Source: an uncultured Planctomycetota bacterium
GTDB lineage: Bacteria > Planctomycetota > PLA2 > JAEUHO01
Assembly (NCBI GenBank): GCA_963752285.1
Contig: CAVVXN010000003.1
Coordinates: 256,001 to 320,000, forward strand
Reading direction: 5' to 3'
Length of the DNA stretch: 64,000 nt
The notes under the pieces are model-generated. The model was given only the letters and a program-made list of their open reading frames with translations. It did no database searches and was not told where the DNA came from. Positions 36,284-46,507 of this stretch are shown one piece after another (within the stretch, counting starts at the first letter, position 1; every line of letters begins with the position of its first letter). The position numbers were made by a program, and so were the translations under genes.

Positions 36284-38536
36284 GTGACCGAAGGACCCGA
36301 CGAGAAGGAGCGTCCGGACGACTCGGGCCCCCCCGGCGAGCTGGAGGCGCGTCTCGCCTCCATCTTCGGCGGCGAGGACGAGGACGGTTCGGAGGAGACG
36401 ACGCCCGAGCCCGAGGGCGGACCGCGCCTCCGGCTCGACAAGACGGGCGCGCTCGCCGACCGCCCCAAGCTCCAGCCCCGAAAGCCCTATGCGCGCCCCG
36501 GCGCGCCCGGGCCGGAGCCGGCGGTCCCCGCCCTCGGCGGCCCGGGCGCGCCGGGCGCCGCGCCCCGCAAGGCGAGCCTGCCCCCGCCCATCGGCCGGAT
36601 CCCCCCCCTCGGCGGCGAGGCACCCCAAGACGCCCCGCCCGACGACGAGATCGAGATCCCCGCCGGGAGCTTCCTCTACGGCGAGGACAAGACGCCCCGG
36701 GATCTCCCCGCGTTCCGGATCGACCGGCGGCCGGTCACGAACGGCGACTTCGCAGCCTTCGTGCGCGCGACCGGGCACCGGCCTCCCCTCTACTGGCCGG
36801 ACGGCCGGGTGCCGGGGGAGCTCGCCCGTCACCCGGTCGTGGGCGTGGACTACTTCGACGCGCTCGCGTACGCGCGGTGGCGCGGCAAGGACCTGCCGTA
36901 CGAGGACGAGTGGGAGCGCGCCGCACGCGGCACGGACGGCCGCGCGTACCCGTGGGGCAACGACCCCGAGCCGACGCAGGCCAACACCGCCCGCCTCGGC
37001 TTCAAGATGACCGTCCCCGTCGGCTGGCACGAGATGAACGTGTCGCCGGACGGCATGACCGACGCGGTGGGGAACGCGTGGGAGATCACCCACTCCCCGG
37101 CGCCCGGCGGCGGGATCGTCGTGCGCGGCGGCTCGTGGTTCGACTTCGCGCTCTACGCGAAGGTGTGGTTTCGCTTCGCGTCGCGACCCGAGGCGCGGAA
37201 CGGAACGATCGGGTTCCGGTGCGTGCGCCGCGCGAAGCCTCGGCCCGCCGAGCCGCGCGAGGTCCCGCCGCGCGACGCCGACGCGGCGATCGCGGAGCGC
37301 CGCGGGCCGCAGCCGACGGTGGACCCCGGCACGTTCAGCGCCGAGCAGCGTGACCTCGTGCCCGACCTGAGGCGCCTGCGCCAGATGACCCAGGAGCGCG
37401 AGGCGGAGACCCTGTCCCGCCGCGAGCAGGTGTTGATCGGGCGCACCGGCGGCGGTTCGCGCCCCACGCTCGCGCCCGTGAAGGCCACGCCGCCGCCGCC
37501 GATCGCGCGCGCCAGGCCCGCGCCCGCGTCCCCTCCGAAGCCCGAGCCCGCGACGGCGGCCGCCGAGGAGGCCACGCCGGCGCGACCGTTCGCGCCCGAG
37601 GGGGCGACCCGCGCGGCGCCGGCCGCCGCGGAGCGCCCGGCGTCCTCGCCGGTCCCGCCCAAGCCCCGTGCGCCCACGCCGGCGCCCGAGGTCTCGCCGG
37701 CGCGCGAGAAGGAGCCCGCGCTCGACCGCGCGTCGCTCCGCCACGCCGCCGACATGGCCACGAAGGGCGCGGTCGGGAGCGCCGAGCCCGCACCGGAACG
37801 GCCCGAGACCGCGATGCCGCTCGGCTACTGGATCGCCGTCGGCTGCGGGATCGCGCTCGTGGTGACGCTGCTGGTGCTCCTCGTGACCGGCATGGTCGAC
37901 TCCTCGTCGAACGCGACGCCCTGGCTCGCCCGGGGAGGCGGGACGGCCGCGGGCGAGAAGCCCCCGCACTTCGTCGCGCCGCCGCCCGCGCCCACGCCTC
38001 CGCCCGACGAGACGGGCGGTCTCCCGGCGCCGCCTGCCTCCGACCCGCGCGACGCCGACCCGCCCCGCTGGATCGACGCGGCCCGACCGGACGACGTCGA
38101 GACGGTAGAGGAGGGCGTCTGGCTCCTCGTCTTCGCGCACGTGCCGAGCCCCGACGGATCGCGCACCGTGCGCACGGTGGACCAGGTCCACCGCCGGCTC
38201 CGCGACACCGCGGCGCACGTCGCGGTCGTGCTCCCGCGCGGCTACTTCGTGAACGAGGGCGAGGGCCGCCTCGTCACGGAGCGGATCCGGACGCAGCGCC
38301 TCTTCAGCCTCGGCGCCCACACCGACCTCGAGGTCGTGCTCGACCCGCCGGACGGGACCTCCTTCGACGGGGTCCTCCGATCCCGGTACGCCGTCCAGCG
38401 CCCCGAGTCGGCGATCCTCCTGGTGGACGGCCGGATCGAGGCTCGGACCGACCTGGCCGAGGGCGGGTTCACCCTCCCCGCGCTCTCGCGGCTCGCCGCC
38501 CGGGCCGCGGAGATCCGCTCGCGAAACGCTCGCTGA
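36284..38536 (+). CDS. FGE-sulfatase (SUMF1-like) domain protein with a Pro-rich linker, TM helix and C-terminal thioredoxin-like domain
   Basis: 'IPAGSFLYG', 'FRIDRRPVTN', 'HPVVGVDYFDALAYARW', 'LPYEDEWERAARG', 'GNAWE', 'RGGSW', 'GFRC'; TM 'YWIAVGCGIALVVTLLVLLV'. Confidence 0.8.
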   Translation: MTEGPDEKERPDDSGPPGELEARLASIFGGEDEDGSEETTPEPEGGPRLRLDKTGALADRPKLQPRKPYARPGAPGPEPAVPALGGPGAPGAAPRKASLPPPIGRIPPLGGEAPQDAPPDDEIEIPAGSFLYGEDKTPRDLPAFRIDRRPVTNGDFAAFVRATGHRPPLYWPDGRVPGELARHPVVGVDYFDALAYARWRGKDLPYEDEWERAARGTDGRAYPWGNDPEPTQANTARLGFKMTVPVGWHEMNVSPDGMTDAVGNAWEITHSPAPGGGIVVRGGSWFDFALYAKVWFRFASRPEARNGTIGFRCVRRAKPRPAEPREVPPRDADAAIAERRGPQPTVDPGTFSAEQRDLVPDLRRLRQMTQEREAETLSRREQVLIGRTGGGSRPTLAPVKATPPPPIARARPAPASPPKPEPATAAAEEATPARPFAPEGATRAAPAAAERPASSPVPPKPRAPTPAPEVSPAREKEPALDRASLRHAADMATKGAVGSAEPAPERPETAMPLGYWIAVGCGIALVVTLLVLLVTGMVDSSSNATPWLARGGGTAAGEKPPHFVAPPPAPTPPPDETGGLPAPPASDPRDADPPRWIDAARPDDVETVEEGVWLLVFAHVPSPDGSRTVRTVDQVHRRLRDTAAHVAVVLPRGYFVNEGEGRLVTERIRTQRLFSLGAHTDLEVVLDPPDGTSFDGVLRSRYAVQRPESAILLVDGRIEARTDLAEGGFTLPALSRLAARAAEIRSRNAR

Positions 38537-38650
38537 CGCCCGACCGGTCGCCCCGCCCGCATCGAACGCCCGCTTGCGCCCGAGCCACGCCTCGGCCGAG
38601 AATCGCCGGGCGTGGGCGGCGGCACGACGCGCCGCGAAGAGGAGGACGCG

Positions 38651-39112
38651 ATGCGCGAGCAGAGAGCGGATCCCGAGGGCCGGAACGAGGGGAGGCCCAC
38701 GCGCCGCGTGGGCCTGTTCCTGTCGTTCGTGTTGCTGGCCGCCTTCCCGATCGTCGGTTCGGGCTGCGGAGGCGAGTCGGCGAAGGCCCCGGACGAGATG
38801 GACGCCGTCGACACGACGTGGCTCGTGTACCAGGAGGGCACGGGCCCGACGGTCCTGGAGCTCTCCGCGAGCATCCTGAAGAGCGCGAGCGACGCCTACA
38901 AGGGCACGACCGACAAGGACGTCCGGGCCTCCATCCTGAATGCGGTGAACGAGCTCCACGACTGCATGGCGGGCCCGCACACGAAGAACGGGAACCCGAA
39001 GGACGGATACAAGGCCCTCCAGACGGCCGAGTCTCGCGCCGCCAGCGCCGCGAGCAAGAAGGACTGGGACGCGGTCGACGCCAGCGACGCGCTGATGCAC
39101 GGACACAGCTGA
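38651..39112 (+). CDS. Hypothetical helical lipoprotein
   Basis: GAGGAGG Shine-Dalgarno; hydrophobic stretch then 'GSGC'; His/Cys/Met motifs 'LHDCMAGPH' and 'MHGHS'. Confidence 0.7.
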   Translation: MREQRADPEGRNEGRPTRRVGLFLSFVLLAAFPIVGSGCGGESAKAPDEMDAVDTTWLVYQEGTGPTVLELSASILKSASDAYKGTTDKDVRASILNAVNELHDCMAGPHTKNGNPKDGYKALQTAESRAASAASKKDWDAVDASDALMHGHS

Positions 39113-39115
39113 CCT

Positions 39116-39141
39116 CGGCGCCGTTTGAACGGCGCCGTCTT
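39116..39141. terminator. Hairpin between convergent genes (CGGCGCCGTT-TG-AACGGCGCCG then TCTT)
   Basis: Perfect 10-bp inverted repeat right after the 39112 stop; only a weak U-tract. Confidence 0.45.
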
Positions 39142-39197
39142 GCCGGCGCCGTCTCGCCGGCGCCGCGGGACCGGGGCCGGCCTGCCGGGGCGGGGCG

Positions 39198-40514
39198 TCA
39201 GGGGAAGAGGGCGCGGTGCAGCGCGCGGACCGTGCTCTCGAGGCGGTCCTCCGGAACGACGAGCTGGAGGTTCGTCTTCGTCGCGCCGTACGAGATCGCG
39301 CGGAGCGGAACGCCCTCGCCGCTCACCGCGCCGAACACCGTCCCCGCCAGGCCGTGTGCGCTCCGCATGCGCTCGCCCACCACGGCGATGAGCGCGTTCC
39401 CCTCCTCGACGTCCACCTGCGCGATCGAGGAGAGCTCGCTGACGACCCGTCCGAGCCCATCGCGCCGGTCCACCGACACGGTGATCGACACCTCGCTCGT
39501 GGCGACGAGGTCCACCACCACGTCCTGCTGGCGGAACGCCTCGAAGACCGAGGCCATGAAGCCCGACTGCCCGAGCATGCGTCCCGACACGATGTTCACG
39601 AGGTGGATGCCGCGTTTGCTCGCGATGCTCGCGACCGTCGCGGCGCCGCGCGCCGGCGGTTCGGGAGCGATCAAGGTCCCGGGGGCCTCGGGCTCGAACG
39701 TGTTGAGGATGCGGACGGGGATCCGCCGCTCGACGGCGGGCTGGATCGTCAGGGGGTGGATCACCTTCGCGCCGTAGTACGCGAGCTCGCCCGCCTCGGC
39801 GTACGTGAGCTGGTCCACGGGCCGCGCCTCGGGCACGATGCGCGGGTCGGCCGTCAAGACGCCGCTCACGTCGGTCCAGATCTGGACCTCCTCGGCCCCG
39901 ATCGCGCGGCCCACGATCGTCGCCGTGAAGTCCGAGCCCGACCGACCGAGCGTCGTGACGTTTCCGTCCCGGTCGCGGCCGATGAACCCCGTCACGACGG
40001 GCGTCCCCTCGACCTCGCGAAGCGCCGCGGCCAGGTTCGCGTACGCCTCCTCGAGCGGGTTCGCCCGCGTGAAGCGGTTGTCCGTCACGAGCCCGGCCTT
40101 GTCGGCCTCGACGGCGACGGCGGGGATGTCGTTCGCCGTCAGCAGCGCCGCGATCGCCTTGACCGACATGCGCTCGCCGAACGCGGCGACCGCGTCGAGG
40201 CTCCGTGGCGTCAGCTCGCCGAGGAGCGCGAGGCCGCGGTACATCTGGTCCAGTCGGTCGAGCTCGGCTTCGACCAACGTCGTGCGAAGTCCGATCGCGC
40301 GGAGCACGTCCTGCTCGCGACGGACGACCGGACCCAGGTCGGGCTTGCCCGCGGCCGCCGCGCGCGCGCCGTCGAGGAGCAGGTCCGTGACGCCCGAGTG
40401 CGCCGAGCACACGAGAACGGGCTGGCGGGGGAGCGCCCGGCGAACGAGGCCCACCACGGTCTCGATGCGCTCGCGGGTCCCGAGCGACGTCCCGCCGAAC
40501 TTCATCACCAGCAC
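39198..40514 (-). CDS. lysC: Aspartate kinase
   Basis: 'MKFGGTS', 'VTGFIG', 'TTLGRSGSDFTA', 'IWTDVSGVLTADPR', 'YGAKVIHP'; two ACT domains. Confidence 0.93.
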   Translation of the reverse strand: MLVMKFGGTSLGTRERIETVVGLVRRALPRQPVLVCSAHSGVTDLLLDGARAAAAGKPDLGPVVRREQDVLRAIGLRTTLVEAELDRLDQMYRGLALLGELTPRSLDAVAAFGERMSVKAIAALLTANDIPAVAVEADKAGLVTDNRFTRANPLEEAYANLAAALREVEGTPVVTGFIGRDRDGNVTTLGRSGSDFTATIVGRAIGAEEVQIWTDVSGVLTADPRIVPEARPVDQLTYAEAGELAYYGAKVIHPLTIQPAVERRIPVRILNTFEPEAPGTLIAPEPPARGAATVASIASKRGIHLVNIVSGRMLGQSGFMASVFEAFRQQDVVVDLVATSEVSITVSVDRRDGLGRVVSELSSIAQVDVEEGNALIAVVGERMRSAHGLAGTVFGAVSGEGVPLRAISYGATKTNLQLVVPEDRLESTVRALHRALFP

Positions 40515-40711
40515 GGGAAGGCGGCCTCCGCGGGCGGACCGCGCACGCCCCGGACGGACCGCCTCCCCATGGGTCGGACGAGGTCGCCGTCGGGTTGCGC
40601 GGATTCCGGCGTTCGCCTGCTCGAAGGCCCGGAGGTTTCGGTGGTGTTCCCCCCCTCAAGGCGGTCCCCGGGGGAACCGACCTCGAAGCCGGTCGGGAGG
40701 CGAGGCGCGCC

Positions 40712-41632
40712 ATGCGTGATTCTCTGTGGGTCGTCCCGCTCGCCCTCGCAGCGCTCGCGGTGGCGGGGTGCGCGCGGGACTTCTGGGACCGCGGCCCGCG
40801 CGTCGCGGCCCGCACCGAGACGGCCGCCGCTCTGTCGCCCGGCGCGTACGCGGGCGCGGCGACGCCCGCGCCGGCCCCGTACCCGAGGGTCCCGGCGCCG
40901 GCCGTCCCCGAGTACGCGGCGCCCGCCCCCTCCGTCCCCGCCCCGTACGCGTCCGCCGCGGCGCCAGACGATCGGGCGCCCTCCGTCGAGGAGTCCGAGG
41001 TCCTCGCGCGCGTGAACCGGATCCGCGAGGGCCGGGGCCTCCGCCCGTTCGGCTTCGACGCGAGCCTGTACCGCGCGGCGCAGGACCACAGCGACGAGCA
41101 GAACCGATACGGCTACATGGGGCACGGCTCGCCGGACCCGGCGCGCAACACGCTGCTGCAGCGCGTGCACGCGGCGGGGTGCACGGGATCGGTCTTCGGC
41201 GAGGTCGTGGCGTGGGGCTACGAGTCTCCCCAGGCGGTCGTCGAGGGGTGGATGAACAGCCGCGACCACCGCGCGATCCTCGTGGACCCGGACCTGACGC
41301 ACGGCGCGTTCGCGCGCGCCGGAGCCACGTGGACCGGCGACTTCGGCTCGCCGCTCTCGATCCCCGCCCCGCGTCCGTGGCCGGCCCCGCCGGCGGTGCC
41401 CGCCCCTTCGCCGCGGCCGGCGCCGACGCGGCCGGCCCCGATCGTGCGCGACGTCCCTCCGGGCTACGCGGCTCCGTCCGCGCCGCGTCCCTCGTACGTC
41501 GTGCCCGCGGCGCCGGCGTACCGGGCTCCGGCGGCGCCCGCGCCCGCGTCGCCGGGCGCGTCGGTCTACTTCCGGCCGGCGCCGTCCCCGGCGCCCGCTC
41601 CGGCGGCTCGCCCCGCGCCGCGCGGCGGCTGA
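40712..41632 (+). CDS. CAP (SCP-like) domain lipoprotein with Pro-rich flanks
   Basis: Lipobox VAGC; 'VNRIREGRGL', 'AAQDHS', 'MGH', 'GEVVAWG', 'WMNSRDHRAIL'. Confidence 0.85.
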   Translation: MRDSLWVVPLALAALAVAGCARDFWDRGPRVAARTETAAALSPGAYAGAATPAPAPYPRVPAPAVPEYAAPAPSVPAPYASAAAPDDRAPSVEESEVLARVNRIREGRGLRPFGFDASLYRAAQDHSDEQNRYGYMGHGSPDPARNTLLQRVHAAGCTGSVFGEVVAWGYESPQAVVEGWMNSRDHRAILVDPDLTHGAFARAGATWTGDFGSPLSIPAPRPWPAPPAVPAPSPRPAPTRPAPIVRDVPPGYAAPSAPRPSYVVPAAPAYRAPAAPAPASPGASVYFRPAPSPAPAPAARPAPRGG

Positions 41633-41727
41633 GGCGTCTGAAGCGCCCCGTCGGGGCGCTCCCTCTCCGCCCGTGCCCTCCGGAGGCGCCGCATCGCCCC
41701 CGAGACCGGCCGGGGTACCGTCTCGCC

Positions 41728-42591
41728 GTGAGCGCGGCCGTCCGTCGGGTCCCGATCTTCCAGCTCGACGCGTTCGCGCGCCGGCCGTTCGAGGGGAACC
41801 CCGCCGCGGTCTGCGTGCTCGAGCGGTGGCCGTCGGACGAGACGCTGCAACGGGTCGCGGCCGAGCAGAACCTCTCCGAGACGGCGTTCCTCGTGCGCGA
41901 GGGGCCGCGGTACCGCATCCGCTGGTTCACGCCGCGCGTCGAGGTGGACCTCTGCGGGCACGCGACGCTCGCGTCCGCGTGGGTGGTGCTCCACCACTTC
42001 GAGCCCGCGTGGCCGTCGGTCGAGCTCGAGAGCCGGAGCGGACCGCTCTTCGTGCTCCGCGACGGGGCCCGGCTCGTGCTCGACTTCCCCGCCCGCCCGG
42101 CCGGCCCGCTCCCCGCGCCCGACGACCTGGTTCACGCGATGGGGGGGCCCCGACCCGGCTCGAGCGCGGCCTCGACCCGCGACTGGCTCCTCGTGTACGC
42201 GAGCGAGGCCGAGGTACGTCGCCTCGCGCCGGACCCGCGCGCGCTCTCGCGTGCGGCGCCGCGCGGCGGCGTCATCGCGACCGCGCCCGGCGACGAGGTG
42301 GACTTCGTCTCGCGCTTCTTCGCCCCCGCCGTCGGCGTGGACGAGGACCCCGTGACCGGCTCCGCGCACACGGTCCTGGTCCCGTACTGGTCGCGGCGCC
42401 TCGCGCGTACGACGCTTCGGGCGCGACAGGTCTCCCCGCGCGGCGGCGACCTCTGGCTCGAGGACCGCGGTTCGCGGGTGCGGATCGGGGGGTACGTCGT
42501 GCCTTGGCTCGAGGGTACGATCGCGCTTCCGGAAGAAGGGGTGTCGAACGATGCCGACCCGGCCGAAGCTCCACACCTACGAGGGCCGTGA
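41728..42591 (+). CDS. PhzF family isomerase
   Basis: 'QLDAF...GNPAAV', 'NLSETAF', 'RWFTPRVEVDLCGHATLA', 'EDPVTGSAH'. Confidence 0.92.
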   Translation: MSAAVRRVPIFQLDAFARRPFEGNPAAVCVLERWPSDETLQRVAAEQNLSETAFLVREGPRYRIRWFTPRVEVDLCGHATLASAWVVLHHFEPAWPSVELESRSGPLFVLRDGARLVLDFPARPAGPLPAPDDLVHAMGGPRPGSSAASTRDWLLVYASEAEVRRLAPDPRALSRAAPRGGVIATAPGDEVDFVSRFFAPAVGVDEDPVTGSAHTVLVPYWSRRLARTTLRARQVSPRGGDLWLEDRGSRVRIGGYVVPWLEGTIALPEEGVSNDADPAEAPHLRGP

Positions 42592-43216
42592 CGTCGTCGT
42601 CTACTACGACCTCGGTCGGTGCATTCACGCCGCCGAGTGCACGCACGGGCTGCCCCGGGTCTTCGACACCGCGTCGCGACCCTGGGTCCAGCCCGACGAG
42701 GCCTCCGCCGACGAGGTCGCCGACGTCGTGATGCGCTGCCCCACGGGGGCGCTCACGTACGAGCGGAAGGACGGCGGGCCGCCGGAGACGGTCCCGGAGC
42801 CGAACGCGGTCGTCGTGGAGCGGGACGGCCCGCTGCTCCTGAGGGGCGACCTCGTGCTCGAGGACCCGTACGGCGAAGTGCTCCTCGAGACCACGCGAAT
42901 GGCTCTCTGCCGCTGCGGCCACACGCGCGCGACGCCGTTCTGCGACGGCAGCCACGCCGAGAGCGGCTTCACCGACCCGGCCCGGATCGTCGCCGTGACG
43001 TCCGAGGCGATCAACCAGACGCCGACCGACGGTCGCGTGTTCGTCGTGGCGAAGCCGAGCGGGCCGATGCTCCTCCGCGGCTCGTTCGACGTCGAGGGCG
43101 AGGTGGGGAAGATCGCGTTCCGCGAGGGGCGCGGGGCGTTCTGCCGTTGCGGTCACTCGAAGAACAAGCCGCTCTGCGACGGCTCGCACAAGGAAGCCGG
43201 CTTCCGCGCGCCGTGA
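42551..43216 (+). CDS. CDGSH iron-sulfur domain protein with an N-terminal divergent 4Fe-4S domain
   Basis: 'CIHAAEC...CPTGAL'; two CDGSH motifs 'CRCGHTRATPFCDGSH' and 'CRCGHSKNKPLCDGSH'. Confidence 0.92.
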   Translation: MPTRPKLHTYEGRDVVVYYDLGRCIHAAECTHGLPRVFDTASRPWVQPDEASADEVADVVMRCPTGALTYERKDGGPPETVPEPNAVVVERDGPLLLRGDLVLEDPYGEVLLETTRMALCRCGHTRATPFCDGSHAESGFTDPARIVAVTSEAINQTPTDGRVFVVAKPSGPMLLRGSFDVEGEVGKIAFREGRGAFCRCGHSKNKPLCDGSHKEAGFRAP

Positions 43217-43249
43217 GGGCCGGCCCCGCCGCGCGCCGCGCGGCGCGTC

Positions 43250-46200
43250 TCAGCGGCCCTCGAACTTCTTCTTCAGCTCCTCGAGCTTGCGCTTCATCAG
43301 CTCTTCCGGCGACAGGTCCTCGGCCGGCGTCGTCGTCTCCTCGGACTGGTCGGGATCGAGACGGATCGTGCGCGGCGCGCCGCGGTCGAAGTCGCGCCCG
43401 CGACGGTCGAAGATGTCGCTGACGCCGCCGGGTCCGAACTTCCCCGGCCGGCTCGGGCCGCCGCGCTTCCGCCCGCCGCCCTGACCGCCCGACGTGGGCC
43501 GTCCGCCGCCTCGCGCGCCGCCCCGGCCGGCGGGGCGCCCCTCGCCGTCGCCGCGTCCGCGTCCGCGGTCGCCGCCGCGCCCGCGCGGTCCCTGCCCCTC
43601 GTGGCGGCCACCGCCGCGCGGCGCCTCGCCGTCCCGGCTCGGGAACCGGGAGACGCCTCCGCGCGGTCCGCCCCGCGGCCCCCCCCGCGACTCGAACACG
43701 CGGTCGCGGCGCATCGTCAGCGTGAGCCGGCGACGCTCGGGCACGACCTCGAGCACGCGCGCCTGCACCACGGCGCCCACGGGCGCGATCGTCGCCGGGT
43801 CGACGCCAGGGTGGTCGCCGATGTGGGCGGTCGGGACGAGCGCGTCGGTGCCCATGCCGACGTCCACGAACACGCCGAACGGCATGGCGCGGACGACGCG
43901 ACCCTCGAGGATCAACCCCGGCTGGAGCGTCGCGAGCGTGAGACCCGGAGGGGGCGGGATGGGCGTCGCGAACCGCGGGCGCGGGTCCTCGTGCCCGGCC
44001 GTCGCCTGGTAGAGCACGTACCTCAGGAGCGGGAGCGGCGCGTCGGGGGTCTCGAGCTCGCCGAGGCGCACCTGCGCTCGGAGGCCGGGCTCGCGGAAGA
44101 GCGCGTCCACGTCGGCGCCGACCTGCGTGGCCATCTTCTCGACGAGCGTGTACTGCTCGGGATGGAGCTGCGTCGTGTCGCGCGGGTCGTCCGCGTCGCC
44201 GAGGCGGAGGAACCCCACCGCCTGCTCGGCGACCGACGTCCCGACGCCGGGGACCGCGGCGAGCGCGGCCTTGTGACGCAGGGCTCCGTGCTCCGCGCGC
44301 CAGAGGTGGAACGCGGTCGCGGAGGCGCGGTCGAAGCCCGGGACGCGCGCGAGGAGGTCCACCGACGCATGGTTCGGGTCGATCCCGACGTACGCGACGC
44401 ACGACTGCACGGTCTCGTCGAGGAGCCTCCGCAACCGGCCCTGGTTGACCTCGTGCAGGTGGGGGCCGAGCGCGAGCGCCTTCGGGTCGATCGTGACGAG
44501 CTCCGCGAGCGGATCCTGGAACCGGCGGCCGAGCGACAGCGCGCCGCGGCACTCGGCGGGGACGACCGGACGCTCGTCGAGCTCGAGCGGGCCCTGCGAC
44601 TCGAGCACGTGGGTCCCGCCGTCGGGCACCACGGTGACGTCGATCGCCGGGTCCCGGCCGCGCGCCGCCTCCTCGGCCAGCGAGAGCGCCTCGCTGCGCC
44701 CGCCGCCCGAGCCGACGGCGATCGCGGTGACCTCGTACGTCTTGATCACGTCGCAAAGCTCTGCGAGGCAGGGCTCGCGTCCCGCGGTGCCCTCGTGGGG
44801 AAGCGTCCCGGAGCCCGAGGGCAGACCGTCCGCGTCGAGCGCGCACCACCGGTGCCCGTTCGTCACGTCCGGACGCAGGCCGAGAACGGCGCGGCGTCCG
44901 CCGACGGGGCCGAGCAGCCGGTGACGCAGGTTGCGCTCGAACGTCTCCAGCGCCGCGAGGTCGGCGCGCTGTTTCAGCTCGACGCGGATCTCGGCCTGGA
45001 AGAGGGGCTTCAGGATCCGGCGGTACCCGTCCTCGATCGCCGCGCGCAGGAACCCCGCGTGCGGGTGGTCGTCGGCGCACGCGCTCTGCTGGAGGATCTC
45101 GAGGACCGAAGTCTCGGTGGGCTCGATGGAGGTGGTGACGACCCGCTCCTTCTCCGCGCGGCGGAGCGCGAGGAACTTGAGCGGCTGTACCTGGGCGATC
45201 GGCGCCCGGTATCCGACGAGGGTCTTGTGCGGTCCCGGGTCGCCCTTCCGCTCCGAGCGGAGGCTCGTCTCGAGGACGGCCTCCTTGCGGAACGTCTTCC
45301 TCAAACGCGCCCTCACGTCGGCGCCGAGACACATCTCCTCGGCGAGGATGTCGCGCGCGCCCGCGATCGCGGCGTCGAGCGAGGCGGGCTCCTGGCCCTC
45401 CTTCACGAACGGCTTCGCGAGGTCGGAGAGCACGGTGCCCGGGGCGGCCTCGCGGATCGCCCGCGCGAGGCCTTCGAGGCCGAGCCCCCGCGCGACCGTC
45501 GCGCGTCCCGCGACCACGGGGAGGTGCGCGGCCGCGACGTCCTCCATGGCGGGGATCGTCGCCGCGCGCTCCAGCCGGTGCTCGGTCTTCTCGTCGAGCG
45601 CGCCGTGGCTGCGGAGCATCTCGCGAAGCTCGATGCGCCGCTCCTCCTCGCCCAGCGCCTCCTCCCAGCGCTCGCGAAGGGCGGCGAGACCGCGCTCGTC
45701 CATGCCGCCGGTCTCGACGCGACGGAACCGACCGGCGAAGACGATGCTCTTTCCGTCCGAGACGATGTCGAGCGCCGCCTTCGCCTGCTGGGGCTCGCGA
45801 TGGGCCTGCGCGAGCAGGCGCTCTTTCGTGCGCTCGCGCGCCTCGACGCGCTGCTCGAACGTCAGGGGAACCCGGTGCGGCTTCGGGGTCGGGCGGCGCT
45901 CCCGCCGCCGCTTCGCGCCACGATCCGAGGGCGCGGACGTCGGCGTCTCGCCCTCGGCCGGCGCGCTCGTCTCGACGTCGCCTCCACCCGCGCCTTCGTC
46001 GGAGTCCGTCGTGTCGGTCGACTCGTCGGCGTCGCCGTCCTCGTCCCTCGCGCCGGACGCGTCGTCGTCCGTCGTCCCCTCGTCCGAGGCGTCGGCGCCG
46101 TACGCGTCGCTCGCCGCGTCGTCGTCGTCGCCGCCGTGGTCATCGCTCGTCGTCTCGTGCTCGTCGGACGTCGAGGGCTCCTCGTCCACGGCGGGCTCCG

Positions 46201-46368
46201 ACGACTCGTCGGTCGTCGCCGCCTCGTTCCCGGCGCCGACCTCGGTCTCCGCTCCGCCTCCGTCTCCGTCTCGACGTCCACGACGGGCGTCGTCCCTTCG
46301 GGCGCGGGGTCGTCGCGCGCCGGAGTCTCCTCCGCGTCGGACGGTGCCGGGAACGAGGGATCGGACAT
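43250..46368 (-). CDS. Divergent Tex-like (YqgF-fold/HhH/S1) protein; 1-nt frameshift near 46251 in this sequence
   Basis: Tex motifs 'FAGRFRRVETGGMDE', 'ARGLGLEGLA', 'AIAGARDILAE', 'LGRRFQDPLAELVTIDPK', 'CVAYVGIDPN', 'LHPEQY'; S1 'FGVFVDVG'. ATG 46368 with GGAG is out of frame with the body by one base. Confidence 0.8.
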
Positions 46369-46436
46369 GGGGGGCTCCACCGGGGGTGGGGGGGACCGGC
46401 GCGGGGCGCCGGAGGAGACCGACGTCGAGACCGAGG

Positions 46437-46465
46437 ATTGCACCACACCCCCGGCCGGGGCTCAA
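46437..46465 (-). promoter_or_regulatory. Candidate sigma-70 promoter TTGAGC-N17-TGCAAT with extended -10 TG
   Basis: 17-nt spacing; about 70 nt upstream of ATG 46368. Confidence 0.4.
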
Positions 46466-46507
46466 GCCGACCCGCGGTGCTGCGGGCAAAACGTCACGAG
46501 CCCCGGT

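Noticed and set aside
40515..40711. Lysine riboswitch upstream of lysC
   Set aside because: I could not find the conserved AGAGG(U/C)GC opening motif or a terminator, and the short gap is shared with a divergent gene. An Rfam scan would settle it.
41728..42591. Phenazine biosynthesis cluster
   Set aside because: A lone PhzF-family gene; no other phz genes are nearby.
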